Source: Chiloscyllium plagiosum (Eukaryota). From it: a stretch of DNA of 64,000 nt. Shown here one piece after another: positions 24,120-36,750 of this stretch. Each line of letters starts with the position of its first letter. The first letter of the stretch is position 1. The position numbers and the translations under genes are program-made. A model generated the notes under the pieces. The model had not been told where the DNA came from. It saw only the letters and a list, made by a program, of their open reading frames with translations, and did not search any database. The stretch is taken from positions 19,921,570-19,985,569 of the forward strand of contig NC_057749.1 in assembly GCF_004010195.1 (NCBI RefSeq), written 5' to 3'.

Positions 24120-25262
24120 CAGTCCAAGATGTACAGCATGGAAACAGGCCCTTCGGTCCAACCCATCCATGCTGACCAGATATCCCAACCCAATCTAGTC
24201 CCACCTGCCAACACCCGGCCCATATCCCTCCAAACCCTTCCTATTCATATACCCATCCAAATGCCTCTTAAATGTTGCAATTGTACCAGTCTCCACCACA
24301 TCCTCTGGCAGCTCATTTCCATATACATATTACCCTCTGCGTGAAAAAGTTGCCCCTTCGGTTTAGGGTGAGAGGGGAAAGATATGAGGGATCTATGTCC
24401 TCTAGTTCTGGACTCCCCGGCCCCAGGGAAAAGACTTGGTCTATTTATCCTATCCATGCCCCTCAATTTTGTAAACCTCTAAGGTCACCCCTCAGCCTCC
24501 AACGCTCCAGAGAAAACAGCCGCAGCCTGTTCAGTCTCTCCCTATAGCTCAAATCTCCAACCCTGGGAACATCCTTGTAAATCTTTTCTGAACCCTTTCA
24601 AGTTTCACAACATCTTTGATAGGAAGGAGACCAGAATTGCATGCAATATTCCAGCAGTTTCCTAACCAATGTCCTGTACAGCCACAACATGACCTCCCAA
24701 CTCCTGTACTTCATACTCTTCCAATGAAGGAAAGCATACCCAACGCCGCCTTCACTATCCTATCTACCTGCGACTCCACTTTCAAGGAGCTATGAACCTG
24801 CACTCCAAGGTCTCTTTGTTCAGCAACACTCCCTAGGACCTTACCATTAAGTGTAGAATTCCTGCTAGGATTTGCTTTCCCAAAATGCAGCACCTTGCAT
24901 TTATCTGAATTAAACTCTATCTGCCACTTCTCAGCCCATTGGCCCATCTGGTCCAGATCCTGATGTAATCTGAGGTAACCCTTTTCGCTGTCCACTACAC
25001 CTCCAATTTTGGTGTCATCTGCAAACTTACTAACTGTACCTCTTATGCTCACATCCAAATCATTTATGCAAGTGATAAAAAGTAGAGGACCCTGCACCGA
25101 TCCTTGTGGTACTCCACTGGTCACAGGCCTCCAGTCTGAAAAACCACCCTCTGTCTTCTACCTTTTTTGAGCCAGTTCTGTATCCAAATGGCTAGTTCTC
25201 CCTGTATTCAATGAGATCTAACCTTACTAACCATTCTCCCATGGGGAACCTTGTCGAATACC
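24120..25262 (-). mobile_element. Relatively young 5'-truncated CR1 LINE
   Basis: ORF 24711-25124 (SGVPQGSVQGP...KFADDTKIGG...WQIEFNSDKCKVLHFG) runs into an intact 3' tail. Confidence 0.92.
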
Positions 25263-28200
25263 TTTACGTTAAGCTGAGATGACTGGCCTTCAACTACAGC
25301 CAACTTCCTCTAATTAGATGTGACTCTAAACAACAAAATTTGACTCATGATTACAATTGATTCAGGTTTTTCAAGGGCTCTGTGATAGCACACTTTGTCA
25401 GCCCTTGGCATCAAGGCTACGTTTGACATTCTTTCCATTTCTTTTGTCCATGGTTGAATCTTGCTATAATGAAGTAAGGAGCTGAGTGGCCCTGGCTGAT
25501 TTCAAGCTGGGTGCCACCAAGCAGTACTGCTGAGCAGCTGCTACTTGATGGCACTGAAACCCATCACTTCACTAATGACTTGATGCAGACTAGGGCTATA
25601 ATTGGCTAGATTGAATTTGTCCTGCTATATGTACAAGACATACCTGGGAAATATTCCACATGGGTTGGTGCTGCTGTTGTAATCATGTACCTGAATCAGC
25701 TTGGCTAGGCATCTGGCAAGTTCTGGAGCACAAGTCTTCAGATCTAATCTGTTGGTAATAGGTTTGTTTAGCTTGTCAGAGCCCATAGCCTTTTGCATGT
25801 TGAGGGCCTCCACTGTTGCATGGAGTGAATCGAATTCACAGATTAACTATGAAGCTGGCAATCACTGGAGGAAGCTGTGATAGATCATCTAGTTGGCACT
25901 TGTTACTGAATGTTGTTGCAAATGCTTCAGCCTTGCCTTTTGCACTGATGTATTTGTGGAGATATTTGTAATGCCTCTAGATGAGGTAATTCATTGTCTG
26001 CCACCATTCATGCCTGTGGCAGAACTGCAGAGCATAGATCTGATCTGTTGGTTGTGGGATCACTTCACTCTGTATCTGCTTATGCTGTTTGACAAGCAAG
26101 TTGTCCTGTTTGGTCATGTCACCAGGTTGACAGCTCACTTGCAGATATGCCTGGAGCTGTTCCTGGTGTGCTCTCATGCTCCATTGTGTCCCATTACTTG
26201 CCAGGTGGAGCCACATCTGGCGCCTCCTGATATTGCCACTGCTGGAGGCCTCCTCCTACCTGCTACTCTTCAGACCAAAATGAAAACAAACAAAAGTCAG
26301 TTCACCTATTCTGCTGACTTTTTAATATGATGGCACACTGTTGTCTCCAACTACTGGTCACTCTTACATCTGTCCATTGTGCAGATGGTTCCATGCAAAT
26401 TTGCTTTAACATGATCAAATAATGGTTAACATTCTTCATAGGATGCAAACTTTCCTTATCAGTTTTGGCTATAATGTGATTCTGACCCCAATAGTTTGGT
26501 GCAGTTATTGCACAACTTGCTAACACAAGATTGCTGGAGTACAAAACTGTTAAATTAGAATCTACTATTGCTATCTGCAGTTGGCACATTAGTAACAAAG
26601 ATCAAGTAGACTTTTCTCCTGTTTGCTGCATCCCTCTAACTACTTCAGTCCAGCACCAATATCCATTAGGACCAGACCAGCTGGACCAGTTGTGCTGCTA
26701 CTTAATGGATACTGAAATCCCCTCAGCAAGTAGATTTTGCACCCTCTGTGTTGGATGACAGAGCATTGTTTATTAGCTGAGGGTAAATGTTACATGGTAA
26801 TCAGGAGGAGGTTTCCTTGCTCATGTTTAACCTGAAGCCATGAGACATGATGGGGTCTGGATCCCATATTCACAACGCACTTGTCCGTCCATGTTGGCCT
26901 AGCCCCCAGCTGTTACTAAAGATGACTTTGCAGGGATGTTTGTTTGCTGTCGGCATTTCCAACGTCGATGTTACTGCCAGGCTGGCTGTCCAGTGTCTTA
27001 ACTGTAAGACGTTTTTTTTGTAGCAGTTGATAGTGGATTGCTAAGCCATTTCATGGGGCAGTTGAGTCACACATAGGCCAGACCAAGTGAGATTGGCAGA
27101 GATCCTTCCCTGAAGGACACCAAATTAGATGGGGGTTTTTTGACATCTGAATGGTTTCATGGCTATCATAGGTTCTTAATTCTGGATATTTTCTTCAATT
27201 TCAGTTTCGCCATCTGTCATGTTGGAATTTGAATCTGGGTCCACAGAGCACTTGTTAAATTTTTGGATTAATGTCTGATAACAACATCACTTGGCCAATG
27301 CTGGTCCATCTCTTTATGCTGTTCAAAAATCCAAATATGGTATCCATCGGTTTTCCCCATAACCAGTATTGCTGTAATAGGCTGTTTGAACAAGTTTTGG
27401 ATTTGAGATGCGGCTGACCTTTTTGGAAGAACAATGATCGTGGTTAGTTATGCTGAGGTTGTAAATGAGTATGGCTAGTTAGAATGAAGACAAACTATTA
27501 ACAGAGTCATTGGGGAGATTTAAGTGACTACTGGACATGGACATGGATAGCAGTGAGTTGAGGGGTGTGTAGGTTAAGTTACTCTGTTTTACATTAGGAT
27601 TAAATCTCGGTACAACACCGTGGGCCAAGGGCACTGTTCTGTGCTGTAACTTTCTATGTTCTATTACTATGAATGCAATTGGGAATTGTGGCCAAATAAA
27701 CTACCTGAGCTCAGTGCACACTGTAGCTGTGAGAAAAGTCTGGAGTGATGTCACAGGAAAGCTGTGACTTGATGGGCTGGTAGGAAATCTGCACTAAACT
27801 TGAAAGAACACAGCCAAGATTTATTAACTCCTTAATAAAATTAAGTAATAAAGTGGAGATAGCTCGTTGATGTGCTGTAGCTGTGATGTGGGAGTTTGCA
27901 TTTTCCATTGCAATTCGTATGGATGCGGTCACTGCAAACTGGTTGCTTGAGGAACTTCTGCTCAGTCATGAGGTGGAATTTGAGCTTCAGATGCTGTAGC
28001 CCATCCAGCAGGGGGTGAAGTAGCTCTAAGTGGTGTTTCAGGAGGCCATCATGCCTGGTAACTAGTACTTCAAATTCAATTGCAATTACATCCTGCTGCC
28101 CCTGATTGCTAAGTGAGGCAGGTAGAAGGATGCTGAATTCTGGAATGGAGGAACCTCACTCATGACCTTGTCCAACAGGTATGAGGTACTTGCTCCCTGA

Positions 28201-28694
28201 AGATAAGGACTGTAGGGAAGATGAGCCAGCTGACCCCTGCACCATGATAAAGGAGGCCATTCAACAAGGGGAGTGAAGAAAAGTGGTGGGTATAGGGGAC
28301 TGTACAATTAGGTGGAATTGATAGCATCCTTGAGCAGGATCAAGAGTCTACTATGGTGTGTTGCCTGCCTGGTGCTAGGGTTACCTAGCTTGAAAGGATA
28401 TTGGAGCAAGAGGGTGAAGAGTCAGTTGTGGTCAATGTTGACCAAACAACCCAGACAAGGCTAGAGGAGGATCTGTTTTGGAGATTACTGAGCACCAGGA
28501 ACAAAGTGAATGAACAGGTCCTCCAAGGGTTATAATCTCACGATTACTGAGTCATGTGCAAATTGATGTAGGGTTTGGAAAATTAAGTAAACATATGGCT
28601 AAAGGAGTGATGTGGGCAAGAAGGCATTGGCATCTGTTTTAAAACAGGAAGGATCTGTACTGCTGGGATGGTCTCCACCTGAACTGATCTGGAA

Positions 28695-28892
28695 TGCTGG
28701 TAGTTGGATTTGGAGATGCTGATGTTTGGACTGGGGAGTTCAACCTTTAAAAATCACACCATCAGGTTATAGTCCAAAAGGTTTGTTTGGAAGCACTGGC
28801 CTTTTGGAGTGCTGCTCCTTCAGATGGTTGGAGGCTAGTGCTTCTAAATACACCTGTTGGACTATAACCTGGTGTTGTGATTTTTAACTTTA
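28695..28892. mobile_element. Penelope-like terminal repeat pair in inverted orientation (second family)
   Basis: Inverted arms caggttatagtccaa ... ttggactataacctg; ATCTGGAA at 28687 and 28893 is a probable TSD. Same family as the element at 56335-57147. Confidence 0.7.
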
Positions 28893-30294
28893 ATCTGGAA
28901 CCATTTTTCTAGCAAAGGATAAATCAGATGGTCACTAGGGCTCTAAACTGGGGGTGGAAGAAGAAAATGGAAGGAAGTTTCTTTTATAGGAAAGAAAGCA
29001 GTAAGTTAATGTGCAGTAGGGTTTAATTTCAAAGACCTCATTTAATTAATGACCTCAGTTAGGGATCCTCTCAGAAGGAGCGATCATAGTTTGGCTGAAT
29101 TTAGAATACAGATGGGAAGTGCAAAGATAAAATCTAAATAGTCCTATGCTTAAACACAATAAGATGAGAGAAAAATTGGCTAGAATAGACTAGAAACAAA
29201 GACTTTATGGTGATACAGTTGACTAACGAGGTTGAGGGGGAAAAATTGAGATTAATGTAGATGTTAGCATGGTTGGGGGGGGGGGGGGGGGTGAAGGGAG
29301 GAGGAGAAGTATGAAAACACTTTATCCAAATGCTGATAGTATTTAAAACAAGAGTTAACAGCACAAATCATTGAAGTGATTTAGTAGCCATTATGGACAT
29401 GTTTGCAGGTTGGTCACAGCTGGGACTTAAGTCCAGGGGTATTGGACTTTTCAGGAGGACTTATAGTAAGGTAAGGGAGGTGGTGTAGCTGATATTTAAG
29501 GATGACATCAGGGTGATAGATGATGCAGGTTCTATGGAGAATAAAGTTGATATATTGGGTGGAAATTAAACTCATTCATTTGCATAGTTTATAGGGCATC
29601 AATAACATTGGGCTGGACAATAAAGAACTAATGCTGTAAAAGTGATACAGCAATTATGTGGATTTTAATCTATGTCAATTGGTCAAACCAGGTCAGTCAA
29701 GGCAGTCTTGAATGTGTCTGTTTTCTTGAACAGTGTGTCAGTTCCATTACAAGGAGCAAGCTATACTAGATCTGATCCTGTGTAATGAGACAGGAATAAT
29801 TAATGACCTCATAGTTAGGGATCCTCTTGGAAGGAGGCTGAATTTAGAATGCAGATGGAAAGTGCAAACTTAAAATGTAATACCAGAGTCCTGTGCTTTA
29901 AATACTACAATAAGATGAGGGAGTTGGCTAAAGTAGACGAGACACAAAGACTTTATGGAGATACAGTTGACTAACATGGGAGAACTTGCACTTCTGTTGA
30001 GCAGTTGAAAAACTGCTTGTATGCTAGTGAAAAAGGACTGTAGGGAAAGGGGTTATCAGCCATGAATGTCTAAGGAAATAAGGCGATCAAGTTGAAAGAT
30101 GAAGCTTAGAAAATGGCAAAGACTGGTGGGGAAATGAGAAGGTTTGGAAAAGCTTTTTTTTTAAAAAGGTCAACAGCCATAAAGAAGGAAGATTGAGAGT
30201 AACCTAGCTCAGATTATAAAGACAACAGCAAAAGTTTTGTCAAATATATAAAAAAGGCTAAGATTAACATTCCATCTTTTTAGGATAAGAGGAA

Positions 30295-30436
30295 AGATTA
30301 GATTTGATTCCCTACAGTGTGGGAACAGGCCCTTTGGCCCAACTAGTCCACACTGACCCTCAGTAACCCACCCAGACCCATTGCACGCACGTGTGCATAC
30401 ATAAGCATGACCAATTCACCTAACCTGCACATCTGT
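30295..30436 (-). mobile_element. HE1/V-SINE-like 3' fragment
   Basis: Tail agattagatttgattccctacagtgtgggaacaggccct; truncated. Confidence 0.7.
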
Positions 30437-32321
30437 GAAATAGAAGTACTGAACAGTATTTTGTCTGTCTCCAATGGAGGACACTAGTAACATGCCAGTC
30501 ATTGACAAGGTGACAAAGGTAGAGGGGGAAGGACTTGGCCTCTTTCATATGATCGTTCCTGTGTTGGGCAAGCTATTAGAGCTAAAGGTAGGCCTGATGG
30601 AATACTTTTCAGGATACCAACAGGTGGCAGGAGAAATAGCAAGTGCACTTATGGTAACTTTACAAAATTTACTGGACTCTGGCAATCCCAACAGATTGGA
30701 AAACCACAAATGAGGCCATTTTTAAAAGGCAGTAGACAAAAGATGGGGAATTATAGACCGGTTAGCTTAACTTGTCATGGGGAAATTGCTTGAATCTATC
30801 ATTAAGGAAGAAATAGCAAGATGACAGTTAGATAGAAATTCTCACTGGGCAGATGGGTTCATAAGGTGGATTATGTTTAACTAATTTACTGGAATTGTGA
30901 AGACATTGAGTGCAGCTGACAACAGGCACCCAATGAATGTGTACATGCATTTGACAAGGTGCTGTATAAAAGGCTGCTGTATAAGATAAAGTGCCTGTAA
31001 TACCATGCACATGTATTAGCATGAATAGAGGATTGGTTAACTAACAGGAAGCAGAGTGGGCATAAATGAATGCTATTTTGTTTGGCAATCGGTGACGAAT
31101 GGTGTGCCTCTGGGATCAGTGGGATTGCAGTTTTTTTACAGTTTACATAGATGATTTGGAGTTGGGCACCATGTTTAGTGCCAAGTTTGTGGATGACTAA
31201 GATGGTTGGTAGAGCAAAGTATGCAGAGGACTCTGACAGTTTGAGGGGCATTCAGTGGGTAAAGGTCTGCCAGATGGAGTACAATGTTAGATGTGAAGTC
31301 ATCAGTTTTGGTAGGAATACTAGTAATTTTGGACTAATCTGCAGTAGAAAATTGCAGCATGCTGCTGTGCAGAGGCACCTGCATGTCTTTATTCAGGAAT
31401 CACCTGAAGTTTGTGTTTAGGTGCAGCAAGTAATAAAGAAGGCAATTTGAATTTTGTCCTTCATTGCTAGAAGGATTGAGTTTAAAAGTAGGGACATTAG
31501 CACCTATTACAGCTGCAATATATTGAGGCCATACCTGGAGTACTGTATGCAGTACTGGTCTCCTTTCTTGAGAAAGGATGTACTGTCCCTAGATGGGGTG
31601 CAGAGGAGATTCCCAAGGTTGATTGTCAGAGTTTAGAGGGTTGTCTTGATGAGACTGGGACTGGAATTATATTCATTAGAATTTAGGATGAGGAAGATTC
31701 TTGTAGAAACATCTATTCCCTTAACTCTATGGAAGATAGAAATAGAATGGTTGTTTCCACTGGTGGGTGAAACTAGGACAAGAGGGCATAGCTTCAAATT
31801 AGGGAGAGCAGGTTTAGGATTAAATTGAGGAATAACTTCACACCGTTGTGAATCTGTGGAATACCCTGCCCAGCAAAATAGTTGAGACTTGCTCTGAATT
31901 GTTTGAAGCAAAGGTCCCTTTTTTAATAGTAAAGGGGATTTTTATGGTGAGAGCTGAGGCCACAATTGGCCATGATCTTGAACGCCACAGCAGACTCAAA
32001 GGGCCAAGCGGTCTTCTACTCCTGGTTCTTGCATGATTGTGATTTTCTTTTTTTTTTTGCTCAAACAAAACACTTGCCAAAGCAGTGGTGGACTTGGGAG
32101 ACCAGCTGGAAGCTTAGACTGAGCTGTAGGAGTTAAGGGGTGAGGAGCCCAAATGTGATATTTGAAATGGTGAAAGTTATTACTGGCTTGGAAAGGGAAA
32201 GTTAGAAATATATACTTGGGAAAGAAAGCTGATCGCAATCTTTTTTGGTAAGGTTGAGGTTTTTGCTTAACTTCAGGTGAAAATAATTTGCATCTATAAT
32301 GACTACCCCCCCTACTTGCAG

Positions 32322-32542
32322 TTTTAGGCTTGCTCGCTAACCCCTTGAGTGCTCAGCTGACTAGAACAGCAGTTGGGTTTCCATCACTGGATCCCATAGG
32401 ATCAAATTACGCTGACCAAATTGCATCATCTTTGCCGAAGCGCATGGAAAGCCGTTCAATGTTGGATTCTCGATCAAGCAGCCCATCTGACTCTGATACA
32501 AGTGGCATCAGCTCTGGCTCTGATCCCCTTTCAGAGCTAATG
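32322..32542 (+). CDS. CPEB1: CPEB1 coding exon, phospho-regulatory/PEST region
   Basis: Acceptor cctacttgcag|, donor |gtaagc; 221 nt, phase fits both neighbours. Encodes (V)LGLLANPLS...KRMESRSMLDSRSSSPSDSDTSGISSGSDPLSELM. Confidence 0.95.
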
Positions 32543-35136
32543 GTAAGCTATTTCTTCAGATTCCAGTATCTAGCAGCTGTCTGTGTATATACTGTTTTAA
32601 TGTAAAGATTGGTACAGGTTAAAACTTGCATTCTTGCAATAATATCTCTCCTAGCTTTGAACTGCCAGCAACTTTTGGATTATATTCTGTTCCTTTGCTT
32701 AATCTCTCCACAGACCAGTTGAGTGAGCATGATGGTAACAAAATAGTGGGAAATGTTAAATTTAGCGCACTGAGGAAGGAAGCGTAGAATATTTGGAAGT
32801 AAAGTTGTTTTGAGGAATTCTAAGTAGTTAACTTGCAACAAACAATTCAAAAGGAAATAAAATGTTGACATGGATTTCAAACTGTTTGTAACAAGTAAAG
32901 AATTACAGGATTTTGAGATGAATTGTGGGTGAGTAGGTTGGCCCTATTTGGAGGTATTCTTTCTCCTGTTACCCTCCTCTTCCACGCATACGCACCCCTA
33001 CGGAATTCTTCACCCCCACCATTATCCCCAGTCTAGAAAGATAACTTGAGAAAATTGGCTAACGTTAGTCTTTACCTATGATGCGGGATAAGGTTGATTA
33101 ACCATATAGAATTTGAATACAGTGCAGCAAGGTCATCTGGTCCACTGTGGCGTGATTTTGTTTTTGTTCTCGACTAACCAAGCTAGATAATGTAAGACTT
33201 TCGCTACTTGCATGCTTTTCCAATGCCACCTGTTGAACCAAATTGCATTGCAACATGTTAAAACTTTTTGGGGGGGGTTAAAGTGATCTCAAGTCCCAAA
33301 ATTTACTATTCATTTACTGCTGCCAGTTGGTGGATGAGAATTTACTTTATGCAAAAGTTTTAGTCTATAGTGGAATTTAACTGAAATCTAAAGTTTTGAA
33401 TTCAGATCCATTATCTAAAGCAGGGTATTTACAAGCAGTTGAACCAGATTTCTCTTGCTAGGTTGCTAGACTTATTTTCAGTACAAGTTACACCAAGCTG
33501 GCTAATATTTTGTCAGGTGGGGAGAGTTCATTTAAGGGAGTGGGGGAGAAAGAGCAAGTTGCTTCCTTTGTTCTAACTTCACCCTCCAAGAGTTATTTCT
33601 TCTACAGGAGAAGTTAGTTTGGTGAATATCCACAAAGCAACCAAGAAAGACCAAATGCAGCAGTTAGGTTAATAAATTCAATTTTTTTTTGTACCTGTGT
33701 GAATGAAAGTTTAGAGCACATTAAGGATAGCAGGACACATGTCATGCTCCTGGATACCAGTTTGACCTGTGGAAAACTGCCTGCAGTAATTGTTTAAAAC
33801 TTGAGCTGCTTTGACTCAGTTTGAGCTGGGAGACTAACTAGAGATACAGAAACAGAGGTTAAGATACCTGGACTTTGTACCCAGAGGCATCTCTTGGGGG
33901 TGGGGGTCATCTGATATGGTAAGTGTCTATGAATTAGCAAGGCTGGTAGGAGCCTCCATCTCTAGTTACCCAATAACTTTTGAAACTCTAAGTTTATCTT
34001 GGGTGAATGCAATGCATCGTTCGAGTGAGGGTGGGGAGTGAGTGCTGGTTCATGGGGAAATTGATTCCAAATCTAGAAATATTGGACTGGGGTGGCCCAA
34101 GTTTTCTTAAGCTCATCACCAGATCATTGGCCAACAGATTTTTTTTGTTTGAAGTACAAGCTTTGAGTGCTGCTCCTTCAGGTAGCTAGTGCATACTACT
34201 GGATCGTACTTTTTTTAGCAGCTTTTTTTCCATATTAAATGTGCTGGGACCAATATTCTTGCAAGCCCTGTGATGAGAAGCTCAGACTTTCAAACCAAAT
34301 GCTGATGACAAGGGATAAATTTGGCAGAGGTCATTCAGGTAAAAGAAAAGTGTGAAGGGGAGTAGACTGACAGGAAATGATAGTGAATCCACTGGAAATT
34401 ACAAAGGAAAGAAAATCAAAATAGGAAGGATGTTGTGAAACTTGAAAGGGTTCAGGAAAGACTTACAAGGATGTTGCCAGGATTGGAGGATTTGAGCTAT
34501 AGAGAGATTGAATAGGCTGGAGCTGTTTTCCCTGGAATGATAGGTGGAGGGGTGACCTTAGAGGTGTATAAAATCATGGACGTGGATCTTTTCACCAGGG
34601 TAGAAGAGTATAAAACTAGGGGCTTAAATTAAGGTGAATGGGGCAACTTTTTCACGCAGAGGGTGGTCTGTGTATGGCATGAGCTGCCAGAGGAAATGGA
34701 GCCTGGTACAATTACTGTAACAAAAAGGCATCAGGATGGGTTCATTAAGAAGGATTTAGAGGAATATGGGTCAAATGCTGGCAAATAATCTAAATTAATC
34801 CAGTGCCATCTGGTTAGAGTGGATGAGTTAGACCAAAGGATCTGTATCTGTGCTGTACAGCTGACTCTGACTAAAGACTCCACGCAAAGTGTTCCAATGA
34901 AACAATTGAACTGAATATGTTTTTGAGGAACTTCTATTATCCAAAGGATATGGGCAGGCAGTATTTCGTTCAGTTAATCAAAAGCCAGATAACCTTGTTA
35001 GCTGAGCAATGGAACCTTGCAATCTTGCCTGGATAATCTGAAATTTGGATCAGTGGTTCCTCTGTAATCCCATTTACAATCTCTAAGTACATTTTAATGT
35101 CTGAGAATAGGACAGAATGGAAAGCTTCAGGAATCT

Positions 35137-36072
35137 CCAATGTCAGGCTTACTGGTCTGTAGTGACCTGCAACATCCCTTCTACCCTTGTCCAGTCCTTC
35201 AGCACTTCACCTGTGTTTAAGGATGCTCCAAAGATATCTGTCACATTCTCCCTCATGTCTGTCATTTTCAATTGTAATACCTCCATCGGATGCAATCTAC
35301 TGCCTCTAAATTACAAAGTCAACTGAAGGGGCCGATAGCACAGATTTGCAGGTGTTGCACTGGAGTCAGTGTACAAATGGTAAATGAGTTTAGCACATTT
35401 TTTTGAAACTGGGTATGATGCAAGGGGATCTGGGCTAGAACTGCATATCAAAGAATGTATGCCTTACTGCAAGGATAAGCAGAGGGGGTGGGGTCCCATC
35501 TTTTTAGTAAGAAGAAATTTTAGAATCCTAGCAGCAGTAAGTGATGGGGTTAGAAGGCATAGAATGGTGTGGGTAGAGTTGAGCTGCAAGGCAGGGTGCC
35601 CCCTCCTAATGTGAATTACATACAATCCTCTAGCACAAATCAGGATATGGGCAAGAAAATAAATTAAGAAATGCTCAGAATAACCATGGGACTTGAGTAT
35701 GCCAGTAGACAAAGATTAAGATTGGTAGTGGATCCCAAGAAAAGGAATTTGTGGATTTTGAGCAGGTTGTGATGAAGCCTTCTAGGTAACAGGCAGGTAT
35801 GGATTTTGAATAATGAGGCAGATTTCTTTCTAGAACTTTAGGATGCAGGAACAATCTAGGGAGTAGTGGCCATAATATGATGGAATTCACCCTGCAGTTT
35901 TAGAGGCAGTAGATTGCATCCGATGGAGGTATTACAATTGAAAATGACAGACATGAGGGAGAATGTGACAGTTATCTTTGGAGCATCCTTAAACACAGGT
36001 GAAGTGCTGGAGGACTGGACAAGGGTAGAAGGGATGTTGCAGGTCACTACAGACCAGTAAGCCTGACATTGG
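35137..36072. repeat. Near-perfect inverted repeat, 174-bp arms (35137-35310 / 35899-36072)
   Basis: Manual comparison gives 172/174 identity to the reverse complement; spacer 588 bp. ORF-track peptides 35117(+) and 35856(-) are almost identical. Confidence 0.95.
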
Positions 36073-36074
36073 TG

Positions 36075-36750
36075 GTGGGAAAGTTGCTGGAGAAGGTACT
36101 GAGGGATAGAATCTATTTACATTTTGAAAAGAATGGGCTTATCAGTAATAGGCAACATAGTTTTGTGCAGGGAAGATTGTGCCTTTAATAGACTTCTTTT
36201 GAGGAAATGACCAGATTGATAGATGAAGGAAGGGCTGTAGATATCATGTACATGGACTTTAGTAAGATGTTTGATAAGGTTCCCCATGGTAAACTAATGG
36301 AGAAAGTGAAGTCATATGGTGTGCAGGGTGTTCCAGCTAGGTGGATAAAGAACTAGTGGAGCAACAGGAGATAGTAGTTGAATGGAGTTTCTCGATGGAG
36401 AACGGTGATCAGTGGTGTTCCACAGGGATCAGTGCTGGAGCCACTGTTGTTTGTGATACACCATAAATGATGTGGAAGAGGGCATTGATAGTCTGATCAG
36501 TAACTTTGCAGATGACATGAAGATTGGTGTAGCAGAAAGCATAGGGGACTGTCAAAGCATACCAGAGAATATAGTCTGGAGAGTTGGGCAAAGGAGTGGC
36601 AGATGGAGTTCAATCCAGGCAAATGTGAGGTGATGCAGTTCAGAAGGTCTCATTCTAGAGTGAACTATACTTGGGGAAAAATTGAGCAGAGAAATCTGGG
36701 AGTTCAGGTCTATTGTACCCTGCAGGTGGTTGAACAGGTGGACAGAATGG
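36075..36750 (+). repeat. Near-identical direct copy of ~54904-55580
   Basis: About 5 substitutions seen over ~680 bp. Identical 60-aa ORF-track peptides at 36409 and 55238; offset 18,829 bp. Confidence 0.92.

Larger units (their letters stand above)
27890..32035 (+). mobile_element. Near full-length but decayed CR1 LINE with nested insertions
   Basis: ORF1 esterase remnants (tgttgcctgcctggtgctagg; gatggtctccacctgaac = DGLHLN), APE and RT remnants (RPYLEYCMQYWSP). The tail ends ~290 nt before the exon at 32322. Confidence 0.8.

Noticed and set aside
26205..26330. Possible cryptic exon (ttgccag|GTGGAGCCACATCTG...)
   Set aside because: Weak polypyrimidine tract, no clear donor, no CPEB1 similarity, and the flanking exons already join in frame without it.
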